NCBI GenBank assembly: GCA_002245135.1
Contig: NGBS01001196.1
Coordinates: forward strand, 1 to 57,734
DNA from: Proteromonas lacertae
Taxonomy: Eukaryota
Reading direction: 5' to 3'
Length of the DNA stretch: 57,734 nt
The position numbers and the translations under genes were made by a program. Below the pieces are notes generated by a model. The model was not told the DNA's origin and made no database searches. It worked only from the letters and a program-made list of their open reading frames with translations. Positions 1 through 11,900 of the stretch are shown one piece after another. The first letter of the stretch is position 1; every line of letters begins with the position of its first letter.

Positions 1-251
1 TACAGCTAGTATAGGTAGATATTTACTAATGGATTATTACTAATGAAGTATTTGCTATTGTAATCATCGTTAAGCTTAACATAAGTGTTTGATGCTAATT
101 AATCTTTATAATACTTTTATTATTTCACAGATTTTATCAAGAATTCATTTTTGTAATAATAGTATGGAATATTTAATTTTTCATTAATGCCATTATTAAA
201 AATGAATTTAAATATGAGAATTAAATACAAATTATATATATAGATAATAAA

Positions 252-1540
252 TTACAACTTATTGAGAATTAATTTCAAATTATGTAATTTCTTTCTATAT
301 TTTGCTATGCAATCATCACTATTACATTTAACAGGAAATTTTATCATCAAACTATCTTTATTTTTCATTTCACATTTCAATTCATATTCATTAACATCTA
401 AAACAATATCACTCATTGAATATTCTGGTGGTAAATCAATTACAATTTCTATTGAACAAATCTCATCTTTATTAGTTGTTTTTACTTTCTCTTTATTCAA
501 ATAACTCATTGAATATTTAATTGTTTTACTTTCATTCACTTCTTGTATTAGATTCTTTACCTTCTTTTCTTTTTCTTCAACTATTTCTTCATTTCCTATT
601 GTATTATTTATTTTAATATCACTCTTCTTTACTTCTTTCAATAATTCACTCGTATTACCTATCACTTTTCCTTTTTCTTCTTTCTTTTTTCTCTCTTCTT
701 TCTCTTCTTTTGTTTCTATTTTATGTTTTATTGTTTCACCTTTATCATTTAATCCTATATATTTTTCTTTTACAGGTAAACTTACATTCTTATTACAACA
801 TATTTTCTTATCATCTTCAATCCACTGTAATGAACTTTCACATAAATCTTTGAAAAATGTTGCATTTTTTAATGCTTGTTTTATAACCCAAGGATTAAAT
901 ACACAATCAATCACTGTACAAAGATGATTTGGTTTTTCTGTATCTTTAATATACCTTGGTGGACTTATAGATAGTGGAATTGATAAATCTATTTTTATGA
1001 ATAAATATAGAAATATACTGTCTGTTTGTGTTGATGATGGTGAAATAGGTTTTCCTTCAAAATTTTGTGGGATTTGAATTTTGGGTGATTGACACATATT
1101 CACAAAGACTAAATGACTTAGTGGTTTATCATTGACCGGTTTTAACTATTTAATATTAATTAATATTAAGGGGTTTTATTATACTATAACAGAATCTTCA
1201 TAAAAAGAACTGAAACAAAAACCAGGTTCTGGTGTAACATATCGAGATTCTGCCTCTTCTTTCATTGAATTCATCTGTTCTTTTATAAATTCTTTATATC
1301 TCTACATATAAAACTAGATAGTGTACAGTTTTGTCAGTTGCAGCCATATCATCAAGCATTGACCAAATACTATCCATTTGCTTTTTTATATCTTCATTAC
1401 TCATTCCAGCTGTCAATAATACATAACTAATAAATAAATACGAAACATTTCGTTCAAACTACTACCTTCACTTTTTAAATTGTTGTTAATTTCGTTCATA
1501 AAACCTAAATAGTGTTTATAATGATTATAATACCATCCAT
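252..1540 (-). CDS. PIH1D2: PIH1 domain-containing protein, PIH1D2-like (axonemal dynein assembly co-chaperone)
   Basis: Splicing at GT-AG introns 1505-1533, 1410-1441, 1302-1326, ~1146-1183 and a 30-nt in-frame intron at ~990-1019 gives MDGFMNEINN...QMDSIWSMLDDMAATDK...YKEFIKEQM...TPEPGFCF...VFVNMCQS...DLSIPLSISPPR...CTVIDCVFNP. The C-terminus is a CS-like domain (IEIVIDLP...DIVLDV...AKYRKKLHNLKL). The WSMLDDMA...YxxFI N-terminus is characteristic of PIH1D2. Confidence 0.8.
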
Positions 1541-1683
1541 TTTGAAATACTATTCAAAAACTGAAATTGAAACGAATATTTTTTTTGTTTATATATTGCT
1601 TTTTAACCTATTTTGATATTATTGAAATATATTAAATAATTCAAAATTACAACAAAATAACATTAAAAAAAACATATGCATAT

Positions 1684-2002
1684 TTAATCTTCTTCATATT
1701 CAGGTTTCAACCATTTTGTTGGATTTTTATTGTAGAATGGCCAATCAGGTAAGCATAACTATATTCATATACATCATAACATTCTATTTTATACTAGATA
1801 ACAAACAATCACTCCACTTCCCCCATATTATACACATCACATACATACTTTTCATTAAATATCCAATTATCAATCCTATCAACTAAACAATAAAACTAAA
1901 CTCAAATACAGAAAACAGTCGGAATTAAATATGTATATATCTGTTCAGCAAGTAATTGACCTTTGTAATCCTAAATATAACACAAAAAGCTTTCAATACC
2001 AT
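1684..2002 (-). pseudogene. SPCS1: Signal peptidase complex subunit 1 (SPC12), second copy with two 1-nt exonic insertions (pseudogene or sequencing error)
   Basis: Reverse complement of the intact copy at 2570-2887. It has an extra base at ~1919, an extra C in the run at 1820-1824, a synonymous GAC/GAT change and a diverged intron 2. Confidence 0.7.
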
Positions 2003-2068
2003 TCTATCTACTCTAAAAAAGCAAATTTATAAAATGAGAATCAAGCTGTTATTCAAGCTTTTTAAAAT

Positions 2069-2396
2069 ATGAATAAAATTAATGATAGGACATGGATTAT
2101 TCATGTATCCAGTTATTAATTTGTTTATATACTAATAGGTTCACATAAATAATAAAGTAATAAAAGTCAGTATAGGAGATAACAAAACAGCAACTCAAAA
2201 TGTTCAGTGGCTAGGTGATACAGCAATTGCTCGATTTTTTACAGATAGGTACGATGGATGGAATGAAATTGGTATAGTGAAAGACATAAAGACAATTGAT
2301 GGTATTCCTTTAAAGCCAAATCAAAAGATATGTGATACAAATTTGAAAGATGGAAGTCATATTGTAGTTACTACATCGATATACAGTCTCGTTTAG
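2069..2396 (+). CDS. Small 97-aa protein, probable Par3/HAL N-terminal (ubiquitin-like) domain; absent from the ORF track
   Basis: ATG 2069, 34-nt GT-AG intron 2105-2138, stop TAG 2394-2396: MNKINDRTWIIHVHINNKVIKVSIGDNKTATQNVQWLGDTAIARFFTDRYDGWNEIG...LKDGSHIVV. The VHxxxKxxxVxxG...QxVxWLGxxAIARF pattern resembles Par3_HAL_N_term. Confidence 0.7.
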
Positions 2397-2569
2397 ATAA
2401 TTGTTGATGAATATAGCTATTTATAATATAAAAGTATTTTAGTTGTGTATTATTTAGAATTTTCTTTTGATACTATGTTTGTATGTGAAATGTTTTTATT
2501 CATATTTTAAAAAGCTTGAATAACAGCTTGATTCTCATTTTATAAATTTGCTTTTTTAGAGTAGATAGA

Positions 2570-2887
2570 ATGGTATTGAAAGCTTTTTGTGTTATATTTA
2601 GGACTACAAAGGTCAATTACTTGCTGAACAGATATATACATATTTAATTCCGCTGTTTTCTGTATTTGAATTTTGTTTATATTGTTTAGTTGATAGGATT
2701 GATAATTGGATATTTAATGAAAAGTATGTATGTGATGTGTATAATATGGGGAAGTGGAGTGATTGTTTGTTATCTAGTATAAAATAGAATGTTATGATGT
2801 ATATGAATATAGTTATGCTTACCTGATTGGCCATTCTACAATAAAAATCCAACAAAATGGTTGAAACCTGAATATGAAGAAGATTAA
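2570..2887 (+). CDS. SPCS1: Signal peptidase complex subunit 1 (SPC12), 74 aa; absent from the ORF track
   Basis: Exons 2570-2572, 2602-2661, 2690-2776, 2813-2887 give MDYKGQLLAEQIYTYLIPLFSLIGLIIGYLMK...LCLPDWPFYNKNPTKWLKPEYEED*. MD(F/Y)xGQxLAE and PxWPxYxxxPxKWL are SPC12 hallmarks. Confidence 0.9.
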
Positions 2888-3022
2888 ATATGCATATGTT
2901 TTTTTATGTTATATTTGTTAATTATGGGTTTAATAAGCAATTCCTCTTCTTTTCCACTCCAAAAAATAAATTCAATATTAGATTCAATAAAGCCATTTAT
3001 CAATAATAATAAATCATTTTTC

Positions 3023-5757
3023 TTAATTCTCTTTAGAAGGTATTCTTGTATAACTTCTGAACTATATATATATAAAATAAAATAATAATTATTAACAATA
3101 CATAAGACCAGGGTCTCAACCATCTAGTATCAGGGAAACAAGCTAAAACATAAGGATATAATAAAAACACAATTGAAACACAAGCAACAAGAATAATCAC
3201 ATCTTTTAAGAAATTCAAATTGACAGTCTCTGGACTACATACCTTTACAAATGAGAATGTCGTAGGATTATTCACTTTTCCTTTTCTACCAATTGTAAAC
3301 ACTACATCTATCTTTACTAGTCCTTCTTTTTTACATTTGAATTGTACATTTAACTCCTTTGGTTCTTTTGATAATTCAACTACATCGAAAATTGAACCAC
3401 TTACTTTAACTTCACATACTTTTTTATTATTTGATTTTATATGAGGTTTTTCTAATACTTGAAGTTTTGATGCATCTCCTGCTTACAAAAAGAAGAATAT
3501 GAATTAAAATGAAAAACTAATTCTACTGTAATTGATTAGAAAAAAAAAAAGATATAACAAAATAATATGATTGTTCATCAATATATGAATTAATATTTGC
3601 TTCTGTATTATCTGAACTATATCCACCTTGAACTCTTCCATTATATACTACATCTCCATATAATTCATTAATTTTTGGATCATTTTCATAATTGTTATAA
3701 TCATAATCACTATCATTTTCATAATCATTATCATTATATTGGTTATAATCATAATTACCGTAAAAATAAGAATTAAAGAAATATATATATGTGTAAAAAA
3801 AATAATAAAAAAGATATTTCATAACTAGTTCTAACTGAGTAAGAATATGGATTATTTTTACATATTTTCATCCAACTAAACGTTATTGGAGTACTATCAA
3901 CTAAAAATTCAACCATCAAATGATATTCACCTTCTTTATTACAATTATAATCCACTTCTAATATCTTTGCACCAGTTTCTTTATTTAATGTAATTTCATC
4001 TTCTTCATCATAACCAATTATAGAAACTGTAGGGCCAAACATATAAGAATCTACTTCAGTGCTGATAGTTGGATAAGATATCACTAAATCTCTATCACCT
4101 TCATTTTCTATATAAAATCTTGATCTTTCTTCATCCCATCGTGCTTTTACGAGATGAATGCCTGGTTGATATACTGGAGATACAACTCCTTTCTTTACTA
4201 CATAAGTTGTATCTACTGTTGGTGAAAAAATACCTGGTGTTATTGTAATTGGATATTTACTGGAAGAAGCGCAATCTTTGTCATATTCAAATACTAATTT
4301 GGGTAAAGCATCAACATTCTTCTTTTCAGCGTAAATAATATCAAATGCAACTTTTACATGATTAATTCCTATATCTTTACATTGATGGCAGATTATGAAT
4401 TTTTGTGATTGTTTTCCTACACTTCTTGATTCAGCTGCTTGTCCCATAACTGTAGTTTCAACACCAGCACCTTTTACAACAGGAACTGTATAATTAGTAA
4501 TGCCATAACGACTCTATTTTTAATAATTAAAATAAAAACATAATAATATTATTATTATATATACTCTAAAGTGTAAAACTAAACATTGTTTATTACTGCT
4601 AATAGTTACTCCGTTTCTATCATTTCCAGAGAATGGAGCTGTAATAATACCATCATTAATCACAGCATATTGAGATACTATATAACTATCATCCACTAGA
4701 ACATCGAAACCTGGCAATGGACCTAGTTTATAGTCTTTAATAAATGAAAAAGCGATGAATGAATGATCACCATTATGAAAAACAATTACATTCTACAGTT
4801 ACTTTAATTCTACGGGGTTGACCTGAAAATATAATTTCTATAACTCTTTGTTCATCAATTGTTTCGTCTCCCATAATATCTCCATTTTTTATTGAGACAG
4901 CATCTTGATAGTCTTCTCTCAGGCTACATTCAAGCAAGTCTGATAATTTTCCACTTAATATAATGTATGTGACTGATCCAACATCATCAACGAATAGATC
5001 ATCATTGTATGGATGGAAATTTGGACTGATAAAACCTTGATTAGAGATTAAATTAGTATCTGCTTTCTTTTTCTATTATTTTAATAAGATAAAAAATATA
5101 ATATACCATATAAATATATTCATATTTCAATATATAATCTCCACAATTCTTTGTAAAAAATACTGCTATATCAATATTAATTCCATTTTCTATCTTTATG
5201 TTCATTGATACTCTAGCATTAGCATTACCTGGATTAAAACATACAAAATCCACTGTAAAATTACCTTTGTATACTTCACCTTCTAAAAATAAGGTTGGAT
5301 TACTAGCAAATGGTCTAATTGTAACATTTGCATTTTTTAAAGGAGCTGGACTTTGGCTAACTTTCACTTCAATTGTTAATAAAATTAAAAAACAGTAAAT
5401 TAAAATGTACAATGAAAAAAAAGATATGTTGGTTTTCCTTTGTTTGGCATTTCATACCAGCATTCAATAAAATCGCTTCTTTCTGATACTTGGTTGATTG
5501 GAGGATCATTAAAAATGCTATTTAAGTATAAATTAGTGAAAATAATTATACTTTGCAATTACACCATTCTCAATTACGCCAAATTCTTTCCCTTCATCTG
5601 ATTTGCACATCATATTCATTTTTGTCCCTGCCTAAAACTATATTAATCACTCTTTAAATACCAAAGCATCTTCAATAGATCTTAAAGACTTTCCTAAAGC
5701 AATACAATGAAGGTCAAGCACAAAGATGACTAGGAGAGCTCTTAAAACCTTATTCAT
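3023..5757 (-). CDS. Type I membrane protein with signal peptide and ~5 tandem Cys-bracketed beta-rich extracellular repeats; function unknown
   Basis: ATG 5757 MNKVLRALLVIFVLDLHCIA, multiple short introns, repeated V(I/V)x(N/D/K)G and Cxx(x)G...F(S/T/E)xxKxC units, TM segment VIILVACVSIVFLLYPYVLAC. After the 40-nt intron 3062-3101 the tail is ...WSYFRSYTRIPSKEN*. Confidence 0.7.
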
Positions 5758-5849
5758 GATTTTTCTTTTTGAAAGTCAGTTCGAGCTTGACTTGACAAGT
5801 ATCAAGCTTTTAATATTTAAAATAACGTTTTTTCTATTTTAAAGACAAG

Positions 5850-7291
5850 ATGGAAGATAAATTGGGGAAAAACACTGTTGTAATATCTATATCAGACCAG
5901 ATCAAAAAATTTCAAGCAGTTGGTTTTGAAAAGATAGTCGAAACTGTATTTACTGAAATATTGATTTATTTTAATTCAATAGCAACCAAAACCGTATGGC
6001 TACCAAGTACCTTCACTTGTGCATATGTGTATTGAGGCAATATCTAGTCATTATGAAGGTATATTATTCACAATTGATTAATGCTATTTATAGAAATTGG
6101 AAATTTAAAGGGTGTAGATGATAAATATATAAATATAATCAATGCTGATATTTCAGACAATATTGATTTGTCAATTGCTATGAATACACTGAAAGATGAA
6201 AATTATTGGCGTAAATGCTGTGTAAAAGGTCGTGTATATATTTTTTGTTGTTATATATTATGATTTATAGAAATGGGAAAATTGTGATGTTCTAGAACAT
6301 GGCTGTAGTTGGAAACAATTATATGCAGAAACTCTATGCCAAGAATTAATAGAAAATTTCAAAGAGGATGATATTCTAGAAGAATTACTCGCCAAACTAA
6401 ATGCTTGTCAAGATTATGTATTTACACTCAAAATAAGGCAATTACCTTCACATTTAAATATACAAAATATAGTTACAGCACTTCCTAATTTATATAGCTT
6501 TGATATAGAATATAAGTATATTTCTTTATTTATTTACCTTAATTAGTATATTGGGAGTTGGAATGAATTATGATCGAGCTTTATTTGGCATGAAGATATC
6601 CGATGCAACTCATTTATCATCTTCATTTTCAATTGCTAGCTGTCTAACAATCTTAAAATTAGCAAATTGTAAAATTGATGATCAATTGCTTCGAATTATA
6701 ATACAAGGTCTTTTACAAAATGAAACAATCACCACACTCGACTTATCTCACAATAGAATCACTAATCACGGAGCAAGGTTGATTTCTAAATTGTTACATA
6801 GCCACAGTGTGATACATTCATTAAATATTGAAGATAATCAAATACATGCTGAAGGAGGTAGGTATTTAGGTGGTGCTTTGTCATTAAACAAATCTCTTGT
6901 TTATTTGAATATGAAATTGAATAGATTAACAGATGATGGTGGTAGAATGTTATTTGAAGGGTTGGAAAAGAACAGTTCTGTCCAGGAGATTAATTTGGGT
7001 AGTAATTCTTTAGCTACTGATACAATGTTTGCATTAAATAGAGTGCTTCGTATTATAAATAATCAAATCACTACGCTTGAACTAACAGGTAATGATTTCA
7101 CAGAATCTGATGTAGAGACTCTCTGTGCAACTTTAGAGGTTAATAATAAAGTGGTGAATGTGGATTTAAGAATGAACCAGTTGGCTAAAGATAGTAAACC
7201 AATGATGATGGTACAACAGCTAACTAGGAAAAATGAATTGCTCATTAGAGGTGGATTTAATAGAGACACAATATTGGCATCTTTAAAGTAA
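5850..7291 (+). CDS. TCTE1: Dynein regulatory complex subunit 5 (TCTE1), leucine-rich repeat axonemal protein
   Basis: Spliced (introns ~5946-5982, 6059-6093, 6234-6270, 6516-6546): VPSLVHMCIEAI...DENYWRKCC...WENCDVLEHGCSWKQLYAE...LKIRQLPSH...GMNYDRALFGMKISDA, followed by RI-type LRRs (LDLSHNRITNHGARLI). Confidence 0.88.
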
Positions 7292-7499
7292 ATAGACACA
7301 AATAACAATAAATACTATATACTCTAAAAGTGCTAAAAATGTTGTAATATTACCAATAATACCATAACCTATAACAAAAACAAATATTTTTGATTATTTA
7401 AAAGGTTGAAAGTAAAAATTCAAAATAAAACACATTAGACAATTTAAGTTACAAAAACTTGGCTCGTGTTTCCAAAAACTCTAATTTCTTCTTTACGCT

Positions 7500-8909
7500 A
7501 TGGGAAGTATATTTATTGTATTTAGCCAATAGAATGTTGTGAGAATTTTTGGAAAGACCTTTGGTTGATGCTCAAAAAGACCTGGTTGCTTAAAATTCGT
7601 CATCCTTACAGATTGTTCTTTGAGATTGTATATTTGAGGTTATTTATTTTCTACTAGTTTGTTCCAGTTTTATTAGCATGTATCTTAATTCCAGTTTATT
7701 ACATTATGAATCCCTTAGTTGTAGACCAAGAAACGTATAACTACATTTATTTTATTTATGATAGATTTATAATGTCAGCTCGTAATTTAATGCCTTTGGG
7801 TGATATGTTTGCTCATATTCAGTGGATGGGTCAGTACATAGCTGTCGTTGGAGAAGATGATATAAGAGAAGAATTTATAAAAGAAATGGATAATTTTTAC
7901 CCTGGTGTCCATCTCGAAAATCTAAATATGCCTGAAGATTATTATAATTCATTCAATGGCAGTTTAGATTATATGAACATCCCCAAATTATCAGAAATAG
8001 CAATAAACTTCACTAATGAAGGTGAATTTGATAGTTATGTCAAAAGTGATAATTATATACATGGTAAAACAGCCTTTTTAGCAATAACACTAAATAAATT
8101 TGATAGAACCAATCAACAATATGATTATATGATCCGTTACAACTTCTCATCTGGTGCTCCAAACTTCATGTTCGAAGGTGGTGCAGTAAGTCAATGGTCA
8201 AGATTAATTTCCTTTGATAATATTGATAAATTCATATCTTTCGATTATTCACCATTTGCCTTTACACAAGAAGAAAGAGATGATTTGAAAGAAAGAGCTC
8301 CATTCACTAAAACACAAGGATTTATTACACTTCAAAGTGCAATTGATAAGGTGATATTAAATACACCAGGAGCTATAAAGTATGATGCTGTTACAATGTT
8401 GCAGAAGATGTTGAAAGATTCGTATTTACTGAAACAATCAGTGGTATATATATATATATATAATTATCATATGCTTTTCATTATTCTTTTTTAATCTTAT
8501 TTATCTTATTATTATTTAATTTAGAAAATGAATGTAACAATGGCAGCGATGCAATTACTTCAATCTCCCTACAACGCTTCATTCATTGAAGAATTAAAGA
8601 ATTTACTTCATGAGTATGAATATGAACCGCAAAGTGTAAGGATCTCAGCATTTCCTCAATTTGCATACTCCAAAAATAGATTCTTTGAGCATTTATCCTT
8701 CGCTTTTGGTACATTATTCGTATTAGCTTATATCTATCCTGCATCTTGGTTAATTAGAGGAATTGTCAGTGAAAAAGAGAGGAAAATTAGAGAAGGTATG
8801 TTTATGATGGGTTTAAATGAAATGTCTTTATTGTGGGCTTGGTTAATTACATATTTTATTGAATTCTTAATTATGGCATGCTTTATTGGATTAATTGTGT
8901 ATAAATACT

Positions 8910-8940
<31 letters not shown>

Positions 8941-11900
8941 ATTCATTTATAGTGGTTTAATGATGGAACATTCTAATGCATTCTTCTTCTTGTTTCACTT
9001 CTTAATGTATGGTTTAACTGTCACTACATTTACCTATATGTTATCCACTTTATTCAGTAAAGCAAAAACAGCAGGTATCTTTGGCGTAGTCTTCACATTA
9101 GCATTCTATTTCCCTGCAATCTTTACATCTGATGCAGAAATGGCAAGAGAAAACAAAGTTGGTTTATCATTCTTCTTTCCAGTTGCATTTGATTTAGGTT
9201 TAAGAACTTTCTGTTTACTGGAAGCTGATGGTGTTGGTTTAACCGTCTCAACCTTTGATAAACAATATGATAGTTATGCATTAGCTGATGGTTATATTAT
9301 GTTAGCTGTAGATTGTGTTGTTTATTATTTCATTGGTTGGTATTTGGATAAAGTCTTTCCCAAAAGAATATGGTGTTACATATAAATGGTATTTCTTATT
9401 TACTAAGTCATATTGGTTTCCTGATCGAGTATATATTCTATTATATTTATAGCAATTTATAAAGGATAATAAAGTAAGTGATGAAAAAGCAGCAAGTGTT
9501 TTAGAAGAACAGAAGAAATTAGAAGAAGGAAAAACAGAGGAAGAAAAATTACATTTTGAAGAAGTCGAACCAAAGTATAAAGAATTAGCTTCACAAGGTA
9601 AATGTATAACAGTCAAAGATTTCTACAAAACATTTAATACACCCGATGGTATAAAAGTAGCCGTTAATCATTTAAATATGGAAATGTATGAAGATCAAAT
9701 CTTTGTTTTATTAGGTCATAATGGTGCTGGTAAAACTACAACTTTATCCATTCTAAGTGGATTAATACCTGGTACAAGTGGTACTGCAACTATGTATGGA
9801 TATGATATAAACACTCAAATGAATGATTTACGTAAAATAATGGGAGTATGTCCTCAACATGATGTATTATTTGATGAATTAACAGTAAAAGAACATTTAT
9901 TCTTATTTGCTGGATTAAAAGGAATGAAGAAAGAAGATATACCTGCTGCAGCTGATAAAATTATTGGTGAAATTGGTTTGAGAGAAAAAATAGATTATCC
10001 TTCTAGTAAACTAAGTGGAGGACAAAAGAGAAAATTGAGTGTAGGAATTGCTTTGATTGGAAATTCAAAAATCGTATTTTTAGATGAGCCAACTAGTGGT
10101 ATGGATCCTTATTCTAGAAGAAGTACTTGGTCAATGTTACAAAGTAATAAAGAAGGAAGAATCATTATATTAACCACTCATTTCATGGATGAAGCTGATT
10201 TATTAGGAGATAGAATTGCTATTATGCATGAAGGAAAATTAATATGTTGTGGAAGACCTCATTTTTTAAAGAGAGAATATGGTGTAGGTTATACATTAAC
10301 AATAGTAAAGAAAGATCCAAATGAGAATAAAGCAATTACTAATCTATTAACAACAATGGTTCCTGAAGCTGAAGTATTGAGTGATGTTGGTAAAGAAATC
10401 TCATTTAGATTACCATTTGGATCAGCAGAACTATTCCCTAAATTATTGAATGAAATTGATGATAATAAAGATGAATATGGAATTCAAAGTTATGGAATGT
10501 CTGTTACAACAATGGAAGAAGTGTTTTTGAATTCTGCAAAGATGGAAGATCGTAAAAGTGCATTAGATATTCAAGATGCTAGAAAATCAGGAAGTAGTAG
10601 AATAATGTTGAGTAAAAACTATAAACAGTTTAATAGAGCAGAAGCTTCAACGAAAGGAATGTTTTGGATTCATTTTAAAGCATTGTTTACAAAGAGATTA
10701 TTGTATGTTAAGAGAGATTTGAAAGGCATTTTATTCCAATTAGTTATTCCTATTCTATTAATGGCTCTTGGTTTATTATTAATGACTTTTAATAATTTCT
10801 CACAACCACCATTTATTCCAGTATCAACATCCTATTATAATGAAAAATTAAAAGTTGAAACGAATTTGATTGGTAAAACATATTTCCCTTATGATAATAG
10901 TACAAATCTGTTTAAACAACAAGGAATTATAGATTATTTAGATCCTGATTCATTAGTTCCAATATCCATAGATGCAAGTCAATATTTTGATAAAGATATG
11001 TGTTATGAAGAAGAATTTGTCAGAGCGATGGGAACTCAATCAGCTAAAGTGAGATATTGTTATTATTTAGCTAAAGATAGAGAATTTGCTGCTCCTTTAT
11101 TTGGTATGATGAGATATTTATTAGATAATTACATTGCACATGAATCAACCACTTATTTAGCAGCTGCTAGAGTATTAGATCATGATTCTCCTTATCCAGT
11201 AACTTATATATTCGTTAATACATCCAGTACACATGGCTCGTCTATAGGTTTGAACTTGTTGAATGAAGCTTTCTTAAGACAAACAACAAATAATCCAGAA
11301 GCATCTATTAAGGTTTGGGGTTCGATCTTACCATTTACCGATGTTGAAGAGAAAGCTGTTCAAGGAATCAGAGCTTTTGGTACTCCAATGATCTTATTAC
11401 TATCAGTTGCCTTTATACCAGCTTATTATGCAGTTTTTATAGTAAGAGAAAGAGAAACAAGTGTAAAACATCAACAGCTAATTAGTGGTGTAAGTTTATC
11501 TGCATATTGGACATCTACATTCTTATGGGATATGTTGTGTTATGTATTACCATGTATATTTGGTATTGCATTTATGTATATATTCACACTGGATGCTTAT
11601 ACTGATAATATTGGAGCTGTAATTGTATTGTTTATACTCTATGGTGTTACTGTTGCTCCATGTACTTACTTTATATGTTATTTCTTTAAAAGCCATACAT
11701 CAGCACAAAACATTGTTTTATTCGCTAATATCTTCATGGCTATATTGATGTTGGTTGTGTTTGTTTTGAATATGATTGAAGATACATGTATGGTATCAAG
11801 AGTGTTAGAATGGTTCTTTATGTTCTTCCCAGGTTATTCATTTGGAATGGCTTTATTGAGATTGAGTATATTGGATTATTTATCATTATTGGATAAAAGT

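Larger units (their letters stand above)
1657..2911. repeat. Inverted repeat, arms ~1657-2078 and ~2494-2911 (~420 bp), = inverted duplication of SPCS1 with its promoter
   Basis: Direct reverse-complement match, e.g. 1681 tatttaatcttcttcatattcaggtttcaacc vs the segment ending at 2890, and 2041 tcaagctgttattcaagc vs 2513-2530. A few substitutions and indels separate the arms. Confidence 0.95.

Noticed and set aside
2613..3123. ORFs 2613-2855 and 2884-3123 on the minus strand
   Set aside because: The first is antisense to spliced SPCS1. The second is an off-frame reading of the last exon of the membrane protein gene, which ends at 3023 after splicing.
8444..8940. (AT)n runs in two ABCA introns
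   Set aside because: Ordinary microsatellites that lengthen the introns; no further structure.
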